Shown: positions 13,756 through 25,297, counted from the first letter of the stretch. The stretch: 64,000 nt of DNA from Camelus dromedarius (GCF_036321535.1 NC_087437.1:108068001-108132000), one strand, 5' to 3'. Notes: generated from the letters alone by a model not told the origin. Made by a program: numbers and translations.

Positions 13756-15355
13756 ACAAATTTTCTTTCATTTTTCTTCCCTTTTTAAAGGAGGTATCTG
13801 TAGCTGATATTCTATGGCTGTCCCATGGTTGTATCTTGGTAGTAAATCACATGTTTTTGATTTCACAGATGCATGAACGGAGAATTTTGTCCCAGAATGG
13901 ATCATAGTCAGAGTCTAAGTTGCACATGATGTAAATGATTTAGGTGATTAAATTAGAAACTTTCAGCTGATGAGATTTAGACGAGATTTTGAACCTTAAA
14001 TTGAGTATGTATTTTGTAGAGACGTCAGAAAATATTTGGATGGAGTGAATGTATTTTGCATGTATGACAGATGTGAATATATGGGGGCCAGAAGAGAGAC
14101 TATGGTAAGAGGAATATGTTGTGATCCTCTTAACTGGGGAATATGTACGTTACATGTGAAACAGATGTTGCACATTGGATTAAGAATCTCTAAATGGGGT
14201 CATTATTGTGGATTAGCCCTGTAGGATGAATCAAATCACAAATGCCCTAATAAGGAAAAGATGGAGACAAGAGTCAGAGAGGGAGATAGGATAAAGAAAG
14301 CAAGGTTGGAGTGACATGTCCATGACTACCTCTAGCATCTGTATTCTCTCTCACACACACACACAAACACACAACAAAAACAAAAACAAAAACAAAAACT
14401 TCCAGAAGAAGACAATAATCTGTGTTGTTCTAATGCATTAGTTTGCAGTTAATTTATCTGAATAGCAACAGAAAACAAATATAATCAGAAATTCTAATCT
14501 ATATAAGAAATGGAAGAGTCAGAGCATTAATAAAGGTAAAATAAATCTTTAATTTTGCCCATTCTTAATTAATGTAAAAGGTATCTGTGTTTAAAGTAAC
14601 ACGAATATGAGGTCAAATTTAGCCTAAAGCAAGCAGAAGAAAAGAAATTTGAAAAATCAGATAAAAAAGGCAATGAAATTGGAAACAGGAAAAAAATAGG
14701 GAAAACCAACAAAACAAAAACTGTTCCTTTAAAAAGACAAGTCAAATTGATAAACTTCAAGCCAGAAGTAACAAGAAAAAAGAGAGATGCAAATTACCAA
14801 CATTGAAATAAAACCAGGGTCATAATTACTCTTTCTATAGATGTTGAGAAATATAATGAATAACTCTATAGCCAAAAATTTGATAATTTAGCTGAAATAG
14901 ATAAATTCCTTGAACTGCATAAACTTCTGAAGTGCACACAAGGGGAAATAGATAGTCTGAACAGGCCTATAGTTATTAAATAAATTAAATTCATAATTAA
15001 TAACCTTAAATAAGGAAGCTCAAGGCCTAGATGATTTCATCAGTGAATTTTATCAAGCATTTAAAGACAGAAATCATATCAATTATCCAAAATCTCTTTT
15101 AGAAAGTAGAAGCAGAGGGAACACTTCCTAATTCATTCTATGAAGCCAGAATTACCTTAATATTAAAAGCAGATAAAGATATTACAGAATGGAAAACAAA
15201 AGATCAGTATCTCTTACGAGCATGTATGTAAAATTCCTCAACAAAATATTATCAAATCAAATTTGAAAATATATAAGAGAATTCTATACCATAGTCAAGT
15301 GGAACTTCCTTCAGGTAGGCAGAGCTGCTTTACATTCAAAAGTCAATGTAATCCA

Positions 15356-15747
15356 AATCTCATACTCCCAGCTTTATCCCTTCCCATCTCCTTTCCCTGG
15401 TAACCATAAGATTGTTTACTATGTCTGAACATCTATGTCTGTTTTGTGGATGAGTTCACAGTGTCCTTTTTTTCCCCTTTTTTTTCCTATTAGATCTCTC
15501 ATATGAGTGACATCATATTGGTATTTTTCTTTCTCTTTCTTTGAAATTTGTAAATGTTAGCTGCTATATATAAAAATAGATTTTAAAAAACAAGTTTCTT
15601 CTGTATAGCACAGGGAACTATATTCACTATCTTGTGATAACCTTTAATGAAAAAGAATATAAAAATGAATATATGTATGTATATGCATGACTGGGGCATT
15701 GTGCTGTACATCAAAAATTGACACATTACAACTGACTGTACTTCAAA
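15356..15747 (+). mobile_element. Younger artiodactyl-type L1 3' end with 5' inversion (twin priming)
   Basis: 15356-15540 is antisense L1 3' UTR; 15541-15747 is sense (ctgtatagcacagggaactatatt...actgactgtacttcaaaa); TSD aaaagtcaatgtaatcca (15338-15355) / aaaaatcagtgtaatcca (15748-15765). Confidence 0.85.
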
Positions 15748-17199
15748 AAAAATCAGTGTAATCCACCACATTACAGACTAATGAATAAGAACATCATATA
15801 ATCCTATTGATTAAGACAGAAAAGGCATTTGACTGAATCCAAATCTATTCAAAATAAAAACTTCCAGCAAGCTAGAATAGAGGTGAAAGCTCTCCCTCAA
15901 TCTGATGAATATTCACACAAATCCTACAGATGCCATTGTACTTACCATTGAGAAACTGGGAGCTTTTCTTCTAAGACTGGGAACATAGCAAGAATATTCT
16001 TTCTCACATTCCTATTCAACATCATCTTGTAAATCTTAGCTAATTCATAGGACACAGAAAATAAATTTAAAAATTACAAATAGAAAAAAAGGAAGAAAAT
16101 GGTTTGCTTTCCTATGACATGATTGTCTATGTAACAAATACCAGGGAATAAATAACAACAACAACAACAACAACCACAACAACAAGACCTCCTGAACCTA
16201 ATAGCAAGTATAACAAAGTCTCAGGAAATAAGATTAATATACGAACGTTAACTGTTTTTATAAATATCAGTGAAGAACAATTGGAGAGTTGAAATTTTTG
16301 AAAAATACTATTTACAATGGCATGAAAAAGAAGAAATTCTTAGATATAAATCTAACAAAGATGTACAAGTCCTATAAATGGAAAACTACAAAATGCTGAT
16401 GAGAAAAATAAATGATGGGATGCTTAATGTCCATATTTTAGAAGATTCAGTATTTTTAAGATGCTAATTCTTCCCTATTTGATGTTGTAGATTCAATGCA
16501 ATCTCAGTCAAAATCCCAGAAAGTCATTTTGTAAATATCAACAAACAGTATCTAAAGTTTATATGGAAAAACAAAAGACCTTAAATAGTTGTTTATAGTA
16601 AAGGAAACTGGGTGGGGAATAGGTGGAAAATCTCTGTAACTAACTTCACAATTTTTCTGTAACTTTAAATGTGTTCTAAAGACAAAGTTTATCTTAAAAT
16701 AACTATTTCCCCTGAGTGAAGTACATAAACAGCAAAGGAATTTTTATTATTTCCTTTCTTCAGTCCATCCATTACTTTTCTGTCTTCAGTCTAAAGAAAA
16801 CAATTATCTTCAGGCTCTGAATATATCTTCAGATATTGCAACTGATCAAATAATCCCTTATATTAATACTTAGTGTTACGTACATGCGTTTTAGTTCTTA
16901 AACGGATCATCAACCTTAACCACCATCAACTATTTCTTCTACTTGTATAACCCTCAAGTGGACATGAGAATATCCTGTTGTTTAACTATTTCATTAAAAA
17001 GTGAAAAAAAAAAGTGTCTTTACATGGATATATTAGTTTAATTGAATTAATTTGCAGTTGCAAATTATGATTATTATCAAATTCAGTCGTACTTACTTTT
17101 ATCTAGTTTTACCCATTATTTATATACCTGCAGTTGAATATACAAGAACACTCTTCCTTCACTTTCAGTGAGAATTTAGGTATGTAAGCGAACCAGCTC

Positions 17200-17330
17200 T
17201 GCACTTAGACAGCTGGGATTCTAAAATTCTAGCTATTCAGTTACAAGCAATGTGGTGGGAAATTCACACAAACTACTTCTCTTCATTTCTAAAATGGAGA
17301 TAATGACAAGTCAAAATATCATTATCTGAC
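17200..17330 (+). mobile_element. MIR SINE fragment
   Basis: acagctgggattctaaaattctagct...cttctcttcatttctaaaatggagataatgac. Confidence 0.5.
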
Positions 17331-17387
17331 ACATAATATACTCTTAAAAGTATAATTATTAGAAATTATTACTTGAATTTGTAAAAT

Positions 17388-17740
17388 TGTTGGTTTGCAA
17401 TCTTGAGTTCCTCAGGTGAAATTTGAAACTGGCTCCCATACATGGAGGGCAAGGACAGACCAAAGAAAAAGGCAGATCACTCCAGATTGACAGATGGCAA
17501 GTTTAATAGGCAGTAGATCTTTGTAACCAGCTTAAAGTTTTTATAGAGGTTTTAACTGGATTCAGTCACATATTCAGTCTGGATGGTTTCAATAACACAT
17601 TACTTCTCTCAAGGCTGTGTCTTTAAAACAGCTGCTGGAATGTATATTCCAAGGACAAGGGAAGAGGTGAGGGGTCTCTGATTGTCTGGCTGCATCTTAT
17701 GGATCAACCTTTGGTCACATCCTCTTGATGACTTCCTTGA
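17388..17740 (-). mobile_element. ERVL-type solo LTR (MER54/MER74/MER89-like)
   Basis: Begins tgttggtttgcaatcttgagttcctc...tggagggcaaggacagaccaaagaaa; antisense polyA-like tttaat and TATA-like ttttata. Confidence 0.55.
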
Positions 17741-17843
17741 AGAAAAAAAGGCTCCAGATAAATGAGGATTGTTCTGATATAGCTGTTATTGTACAAAGAA
17801 AGAGACCAAGAGAGAGTGGGGAGAGAGAGAGAGCCTAGAATTA

Positions 17844-18779
17844 GGAGGAGGGAAAAGTAAGCTATGGTATAAAGAAGAATTAGAAGAAAAGATAGACATC
17901 AAAACAATCACACCCCTATTGGAGGGAAGAGTACACCACCTTTGTATTTCATTGATTGAATAGGGAATAGAATGTTAGGCAAAAGCTATCATAATAGTAA
18001 ATAGCATTAGAGTTCCACAACTTTAATTTAATTGGAGAAAGATATGAACTGAAACCTTACCTTTACTTTATTGCAAAAAGAAGCAATACTTAGAATGGTT
18101 TAAGGCAAAGATTTAGAAAATGGATAGGAGCTTTCTAGGTAGATGTGAAATCAAGATGACTCAAAGAATGGTAGAGACTTAAAAAGAAATGGAAAAAACA
18201 AGAAAGGAAAATGAAAAAGAAACTGTCATGAATAGTGTAAATAATCCTAATCAGTTTCAGATACAGATAGATGGATCAATAGCTAGTTAGATAGCTAGAC
18301 ATATGATAGATTTGATGGACTTGCTCCCTTTTGAAAAAAATCAGCTGGCAATTAATCAATTGCAAATGAAGCATTTAGTAGGACAGTCCAATTTTGTTCA
18401 GGAATTTCTATTGCAATAGCATTGCTCTATGTCTGTCTATTTTAAAGGAAATCTACCTATTGATCTATCAATCTATCTATTTAACATCATCCCTCTTTCT
18501 GTCTATCCCCCTCCAAGGAGGAGAAAATAAGCTATCTTACAAAGAAGACTCAGAGGAAGATGAGTCAAAACATATTCTTCTACCTATTGCAGAGAATGGA
18601 AAATTACCATTAGAGTCAGACATTTGCATTTTCCCCCCACAAATTGTGAATAGAATGTTACGCCTAAGCTATCTTGGTAGCAAACAGCATTGAGTCTCAT
18701 CAGCTTTAATCTAAATGGAGAAAAGACATGAAGGCAAACCCTTGTCCTTACTTACTTGCAAGCAGAAGCAATGCTTAGA
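17844..18779 (+). repeat. Diverged direct repeat (17844-18094 and 18517-18779)
   Basis: Shared blocks ggaggag..aagctat, gaatagaatgtta, aagctatc, ctttaat, tggagaaa, ttgcaa..agaagcaat.cttaga occur in the same order and spacing. Confidence 0.85.
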
Positions 18780-18967
18780 GAGTTGTTTATCTTTGTGTAT
18801 GAGATCATGTGTGTGTATTTGATAATTTATACTTACGTATGTTAAAAATTTATTTAGAATGAGTACAAAATGGATGTTTTTTGTCAACTGAATATTCTGA
18901 TGAATTCAATGCTTACACATTCTGTGAAATGTCCAAAAGATCAAACCTTTTAAAAAGTCATAGGAAT

Positions 18968-19591
18968 ATGATCCAGGAATCCCACTTCTGGGCATATATC
19001 TAGAGAAAATGCTAATTCAAAAAGATATGTGCACCCCAATGTTCACAGCAGCATTATTTATAGTATTCAAGACATGGAAACACCCTAAATGTCCATCAAC
19101 AGATGAATGGATGAAGAAGATGTGGTGTATATATACATTGGAATATCATTCAACCATAAAAAAGAATGAAATAATGCCATTTGCAGCAACATGAATGGAC
19201 CTAGAGATTATCATATTAAGGGAAGTCAGACAGAGAAAGACAAATATCAAATGGTATCACTGATATGTGGAATCTAAAAAAAAAATGATACAAATGAACT
19301 TATTTACAAATCAGAAATAGACTCACAGACACCAAAGGAGAAGGTGTTGGGAGAGGGATAAATTAGGAGTCTGGGATTAACATATACACACTACTGTATA
19401 TAAAATAGATAAACAAGGACCTACTGTATAGCACAGGGAACTATATTCAATATCTTGTAAAACCTGTGATGGAAAAGAATCTGAAAATGAATATAATCAC
19501 TGAATCAGTGATCCCTGAATCACTTTGTTGTATACCTGAAACTAACATAATATTGTAAGTCAACTATAATTCAATAAAAGAAAAATGTTTT
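18968..19591 (+). mobile_element. 5'-truncated L1 (ORF2 C-terminus plus 3' UTR)
   Basis: ORF 19009-19194 CTPMFTAALF...WKHPKCPSTDEWMKKMW...KKNEIMPFAAT is L1 ORF2; TSD aaaagtcataggaat (18953-18967) / aaaagtcatagaaat (19592-19606). Confidence 0.95.
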
Positions 19592-21824
19592 AAAAGTCAT
19601 AGAAATCCCATAAAATTACTGCATAACCACCCCGGTTTCCTCATCTTACCACTGCTGCCAGACTGTACATGGATGTGTTCACCAACTCTGGATCTTATTC
19701 ACAAGCACACTAAAATTTGATGCCTGATTGTGTAGTGATGGAGTATTTTTGTCCTCTCTCTGACTCCTTTTTGTTCCATTAAATTTTATTCTGTTGTCCT
19801 ATTTAAGCTCTCTCTTTCAACTGGTGCTATCACCTCCTCCCTGAGTTCACAATGAGATCTCCTCTTATATGACGATGGCTAGAAGCAGACCATACTTATT
19901 ATCATCATTATGAAAAACTTTATATGTTAATAAGGCATATTTAGCCTTAAAATTACGTCAAACAAAAATGTGTGATTTAGAGGGTAATTCAGAGTCATAT
20001 AGTATCTCAGAATCTTTGCAGTGAAAATCAGCGGTTCAAAACTAGGATTCAGGACTTAGTTTGAATCATTATATAATGATTGACACCAGAAGTGGCTTTT
20101 GCAATAAATCTCTGTAATAAGAACATTCCCTTTTTGGGTATCTTTTAGGGAAAAAAGAACAAGAAAAAAATCAGTTTGAGCATTATCGTGGCTTAAATTT
20201 TAGATAAATGGGAACCTACTTTGGTTGCTTACCCTCATGTGGACTAGATGCTGGTAAATTTCAACAGCAGTTTTATTTCTGCAGCCTCGAATTAAATCCC
20301 TTTATTTTGTCAGATGTGAATGAGACACAATTTCCAAAAGAAAAAAAAAAAAAAAGACTAAAACAGTGAATCTTAAAAAAAAAAAAAATCCATTCATTTT
20401 CTAGACTTGGATCCAGTAAGTACCAGTCAAGGAAAATAATTTCTTCAAGGAAAAAGAGTTCATATTTCTTCTGAAACATCACTGTTGCCATAGTTACCAA
20501 AAGGTCTCTTTCTTTCCCCCACCCCAACAATAACATCACCATCTAGGTACACATAGCTCATAAAAGTAAACGTTTTATTGTGGAAATTTATAAGGACATG
20601 GGCTCTATTTCCAATGACTTTTAAAAACCTGAAATTGAAGGATTTTATTAATAAGTACACCTGAGTTGAACCTGATGCTTTTCTGAGTGAGAGTGTAGGA
20701 GAGACGGGGGAGGAAAGAAATTGAAAAGAGTCACACAGTTTTAACTTTACCAAGGTGAAAGTGATCTAAATTAGGATTTGGACATAGTCAGTCTTCTCCA
20801 CCCCACTGTATATAAACACTCCTACGTGGGTTGCCATGTCTGTAAGACTGATACCTTCATCTGGATAAGCCCCAAGGAATTAAAACATACCCACACACAC
20901 ATACACATGCACACCTTGGAAGAAGAAAAATATAAACCAGCTTATTTTCATTATTGGTCTTGCCAAATATAAACTTTAGAGACAAAATTTTAAATAAAGC
21001 AGCAACTATGAAAATAAACAATGAGATCCTTGTGTTCAGGATTACGTAGTTGGGGTGTGCATATTTGCAATCAAGCTCGGAGTAGAAATAAAATCTGTTT
21101 TCTCTACCTTCTTTTCCTCTTACTTTTTAAGAAGGGGTCACCAAAATCCTTACTAACAGGAATTTAATGTGTAAATATATAGTTTGAGGGGAGTAAAAGA
21201 TTGCTAAGAAATAGGGGGTCAATGTGCTCATTGTAAACAATTCTATCAAATAGTCCAGTCACTTCAGCGAATTACAAAACCCATCAAATGTGTTTATGAT
21301 TTGGAAAGCATCTTGAAAACCAAGAAAGTTTGAAGACTTAAAAAGTAACTTGCCTACCTCAATCTCCCCTTTTTTGCTAACGTATTAATTTTCTTCATAG
21401 TTTCCTCTTTTATACTTAAAAAATTCCTTATCCTACCCTACATAGTATATCATAAATTACAAGTTATTTACATTAAATTCATTAAAATATGAAAGGCATT
21501 TAAGTGCTTCATATTTTAGTGCACTGTTTAATTTTGAGTGAGTTATTTAAATGCCATTTTTAATATTTAATGTAGTTTTCTGGAGCAATAATCTCAATAT
21601 GATGTTTAAATAGAGAATTCAAACTGATTTTAACAGAAAAATTATTTTTAAATTTCTTCATAAAAAAAGTTAATCCAACTATTTCCAAATAAAATATGTA
21701 AGCAGAAGGTTACAGTGTTTAAGAAAAACTGGCCCCTTCCTTTTAAGATGACTGCAGGATTTATGGATGTAAGCAAAGAAAGTATAAGAGGAGAAATTCT
21801 TTATGACATTATGTTTCAAAAAAT

Positions 21825-21825
<1 letters not shown>

Positions 21826-21849
<24 letters not shown>
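21826..21849 (+). repeat. (TA)12 microsatellite
   Basis: Read directly. Confidence 0.95.
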
Positions 21850-21856
<7 letters not shown>

Positions 21857-22289
21857 CATATTACATATATAATATATGTTCTATATAATGCATGTATTAT
21901 AACATATTTATATTTATGATGTGTCATACATACGTTTGTGAAATAGATGTAAGTATACATGTACATGTATCTCATGTACTGAAGAGTTTTTATGTCTGCT
22001 ATGAGTCAGTAATAGAGGCCACGATTTCTGTTTTATAAATTTTCTCTTGATTCAAAATTTGTTTTGTGGGGTGGTGGGTGGGATGTTTTATTTTTTTCTT
22101 CCACAGACTGTGTTGGCCTACCTTAGACTTATTTTGGTTTATTTTTGTTTATATTTTAATTATATGTTGGAAGGGAGACTTTATCTGGCCAATCAGCTTC
22201 GTCTGGGTTTGGATCTCATCTCCTTTCACTACTTTGAGAATTTTTATTGGTCAATTTCCCCTTTTTCCTATCTCCTGACTTTCTCTTCC

Positions 22290-23230
22290 CAGTAAATGCA
22301 GGCTTTTGCAATTCTAAACAATCAAGCGTGATCTTGAAATCCTCTTTTTGCTTGTATACCCGGCTTCCTTTGCAGGCTCTTTCTCCTCTCTCACTCACTT
22401 ATTTCTAAAATCTTCCTATGCCTGAAGCCAAATGCTCTTTTCCATCTAAAGCCATCTTTTTGAGCAACTGAACCTTTTCCCATGGCTTCAGTTCCTACTT
22501 ACTGGTTGTTAACCATCCTCTGCGATCCAGACACGTACTGACAGTTACCTAATGGGGCAAGTCATCCCATCCTGCTCACCTTTAAATTGGCAGAGTCTCC
22601 TTTTCTTCAGCATCTCAGTTAATATTTCACTCATGTACTCTCCAAGCACAAACCTTGAACTCTGCCTCCAATCCTTGTCTTTGTTTTCCTTAACCTTTGA
22701 TCCATGTGACTTAGGAATTCACTCCAGCTCTATCACATTGACCCTTTCTCATGTCAGACCCAAAACCCGCTGTAACCAATTAATCTGAGACCCCTCAAAT
22801 GCAGCTTATACACTGAAAACAGGGATATCTTCATTAAATATGCATCTAACTCTGTGAGTCGTCTAATTTTAAATTCTTTAAAAACAGACTGTTGTATATA
22901 CCAAAAAAACTTAAATTCCTTAAAATGGCTTACATGAAAGTTTATAATTTCCCCCCTGTCTGATGAAAAAAAGTATATTCTTATACTCACATATACACTA
23001 TTCACTCACCATGCACTATCATTTCACTCCCTGGACATTTATCAAAAGAATCATGCTTGCTTCTTCTTTTCAAGCAAAGCCTTATCATTCCCATCATCTG
23101 GAAAGTCCTTCCTTCTCTTCCCGAGGATCTCCTTTCCATCCTCTGAGACCAAACTCACTACTGACCTCATCTGTGAACCGTCCTTACCTCTCCTCTTCTA
23201 AATTATAGTTTTTCCATTAGATGTTATAAT
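22290..23230 (+). mobile_element. Highly decayed L2
   Basis: tcccatggcttcagttcctactt, cagcatctcagttaat, ctccaagcacaaaccttgaa resemble L2 ORF2 sense. Confidence 0.4.
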
Positions 23231-23294
23231 TCTATTATAACATTTTAATATCATGCTTTAATTTTTGAAGATGACACTAAATCTAAACTATTGG

Positions 23295-23520
23295 TAAGAT
23301 GTATTGAGCTCTAACAATATATGCCAAGAACTCTTCTGAATGATAGATATATAGTATTTTATTAAATCTTCACGGTCATTGCTTGTTATGTACTATTTTC
23401 ACACTACAGACCAGAAAACAGATACTCATAGAAGTTAAGTATTGTACCAGATTCACTCAATTAGCACTTTGCCAAGCTAGTATTTAATCCAAGTGTTTCC
23501 TGAGTCCAAATCCTTTGATT
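23295..23520 (-). mobile_element. MIR SINE
   Basis: tattgagctct...atgccaag...tacagaccagaaaacagatactcatagaagttaagta...atttaatccaagtgtttcctgagtccaaa. Confidence 0.65.
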
Positions 23521-24129
23521 TTTTTTTTTCTAGTATATGATGTTTTCTTTCCAGTTGTTTGAATTCCAGGTTTCCCCTACCAGGGTAAAGTACATGACTT
23601 GAAGAAGGCTATGGAATCTTTCGCATGAACCCATTTCATTAATTTTCCAGGTTCCTGAAAGAATGCATTGCAGTGAGTGGGACCGCTTTTTTCATTCTGT
23701 GTGATTTTGACATACAGTTCATGCATCATCCAGTGAGAGAAACTGCACTGACCTGCATATTTAATGTCTGGTGCCTAAAATTTTCCCAGACCACCTTAAA
23801 TATCGCAGCTTACAAAATTGAAAATGAGTAATGCGGAAAAGGTCCAAGATATTCTACTTAGTGGTCTCTGCATGACATCTAGTGGTTGGAATTGGAAATT
23901 TTGAAGAAATTATAATTCATGCCAGAGGCGGAGGGGAAAAAACTTATCTTAGAGTCTTTTTTCCTGACATCAAAGGAAGAGTGATACAGAGCTCCTTTAC
24001 TTCTAACTTTTTTTAAAAAAGGCTTTTCTGAATTATTACTGTTTCTCATTATACATATCAAGGAAACAGAATCTGCCTCTGCGTTCAGCGATCTGTGGTC
24101 CCTGGGGCTGAGGAAACATTCTCACTTAC

Positions 24130-24239
24130 CTGTAATCAGGGCCTGCTCTTGGCAGATATGACTGAGGAACCATTATCAGATGCAAAATAAATAAACCCTT
24201 TCAGTTTTCTTCCTCACACACGGTGTGACAATGAGCACT
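24130..24239 (-). other. Candidate exon (non-coding or 5' UTR)
   Basis: Minus strand gcgtatttacag|AGTGCTC...GATTACAG|gtaagtgag; perfect consensus donor, weak acceptor; stops in all three frames. Confidence 0.25.
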
Positions 24240-24604
24240 CTGTAAATACGCAAGCACTAATCACAAAGTAATGATATTATAATCTATGACTGTGTTATTC
24301 AAAATTATATTTTAAAAATCTCTCATGTACACCAGTTTGGGTCCTAGGCTTTGGGTCACAGGAATGACATTAGCTCCAGATCTTTGATGTTACAAGACTT
24401 GGGATCTGCCCGCTACAAGCTCATATTCCACCTAGAAAACCAACAGTGGAAACTGGTACATGATCTGTTTCTAACACGTGACACAGTCAGAGCTTCAGGG
24501 TTGCAGAAAAGGATTTGGAGTTCAAGAGGTCAGAAAAAGGCTCTTAGCGGAGGATGAGTTTGCTGATAGGTGGACAGCAGACGGCAAAATTGCTAAGACA
24601 ATAA

Positions 24605-24715
24605 GCAGTTGAGCAAGGATCCTGGCTCCCCTGCTTTCCTGCAGTGGGACCTTGGGCAAGCTGCCTAACAGCTCTGCATTTTACTTTCGTCATGTGTACA
24701 ACAGAGTAAAACTCA
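24605..24715 (+). mobile_element. MIR SINE core
   Basis: gatcctggctccc...gggaccttgggcaagctgcctaacagctctgcattttactttcgtcatgtgta. Confidence 0.65.
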
Positions 24716-24923
24716 GCCTCTATTTCATTTGGTGAAGATGAACACAGTACCTGTATACGATGAATCATCAGCCCTTTTAATTGCACATAAATGAAAAAAG
24801 AGTCTTCAAAGCAAATGATATTTCCTGAGAAAAATAAGCAGGGATAAATAAATATTATCTACCTGACACCAAGACATGGACAAGAGAGTTTGAAAAGTGA
24901 TCATAAATATTTTACGGCAATCT

Positions 24924-25065
24924 CTTTCTTTTTTTTTTTTTTTTTTTTTGGAGGGGGTTGGTGATGAGGTTTATTTATTTATTTTTTTAATGAAGGTACT
25001 GGGGATTGAACCCAGGACCTTGTGCATGCTAAGCACACGCTCTACCACTGAGCTATACCCTCCCC
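24924..25065 (-). mobile_element. tRNA-Ala-derived camelid-type SINE with poly(A) tail and TSD
   Basis: Reverse strand ggggagggtatagctcagtggtagagcgtgtgcttagcatgcacaaggtcctgggttcaatccccagtaccttca + AAAT tail + poly(A); TSD tacggcaatct (24913-24923) / tatggtaatct (25066-25076). Confidence 0.92.
24991..25062 (-). tRNA. tRNA-Ala(AGC)-like cloverleaf inside the SINE head (probably not a bona fide tRNA gene)
   Basis: Acceptor GAGGGTA/TACCTTC, D stem GCTC/GAGC, anticodon stem TGTGC/GCACA with loop TTAGCAT, T stem CTGGG/CCCAG with loop TTCAATC, discriminator A. Confidence 0.3.
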
Positions 25066-25297
25066 TATGGTAATCTACTTAAAAGGCATATGCCGTGGAC
25101 TCTTAGAACACATGTCATGCGGTTGGAGCGCAAGTCCTTGAAACCCAGCAAATACTAACACATACTGTTTTTTCATTTTTCTATTACTGCAAGGTACTTT
25201 TTTGGCCACAACATGAACCAAAGTAAACAGGTACAGCTCGCGAATCATAGGCTTTTATAAAAATCAACACCTAAGACACAACTTACTTCACAATAAG

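Larger units (their letters stand above)
11840..14483 (+). mobile_element. Complete MaLR element: MLT1D-like 5' LTR (11840-12368), internal region (12369-14100), 3' LTR (14101-14483)
   Basis: Both LTRs start with a decayed TGTGGTAG (tatgccagac, tatggtaaga) and end aataca/aatata; internal region starts gatttttggtacctgg and ends in purine-rich gggggccagaagagagac; 5-bp TSD GTCAG (11835-11839) / ATCAG (14484-14488). Confidence 0.85.
10040..16700 (+). mobile_element. Ancient L1 (L1MC/L1MD-like) with 5' UTR, ORF1, partial ORF2 and 3' end; internally deleted and host to nested insertions
   Basis: ORF1-like accagactcagatatcacatagattttggaac (~10931) and agaattttatatccagtgaaattatccttcaaaagt (~11680); ORF2 ggcctagatgatttcatcagtgaattttatcaa (~15024) and tatgacatgattgtctatgta (~16113); 3' end tctctgtaactaacttcacaatttttctgtaac (~16631). 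Confidence 0.85.

Noticed and set aside
18394..18693. 99-aa ORF
   Set aside because: TTG start, crosses a decayed TATC repeat and the second direct-repeat copy; no homology recognised
19009..19194. ORF with clear protein similarity
   Set aside because: It is the C-terminus of L1 ORF2 in a 5'-truncated copy, not a host gene
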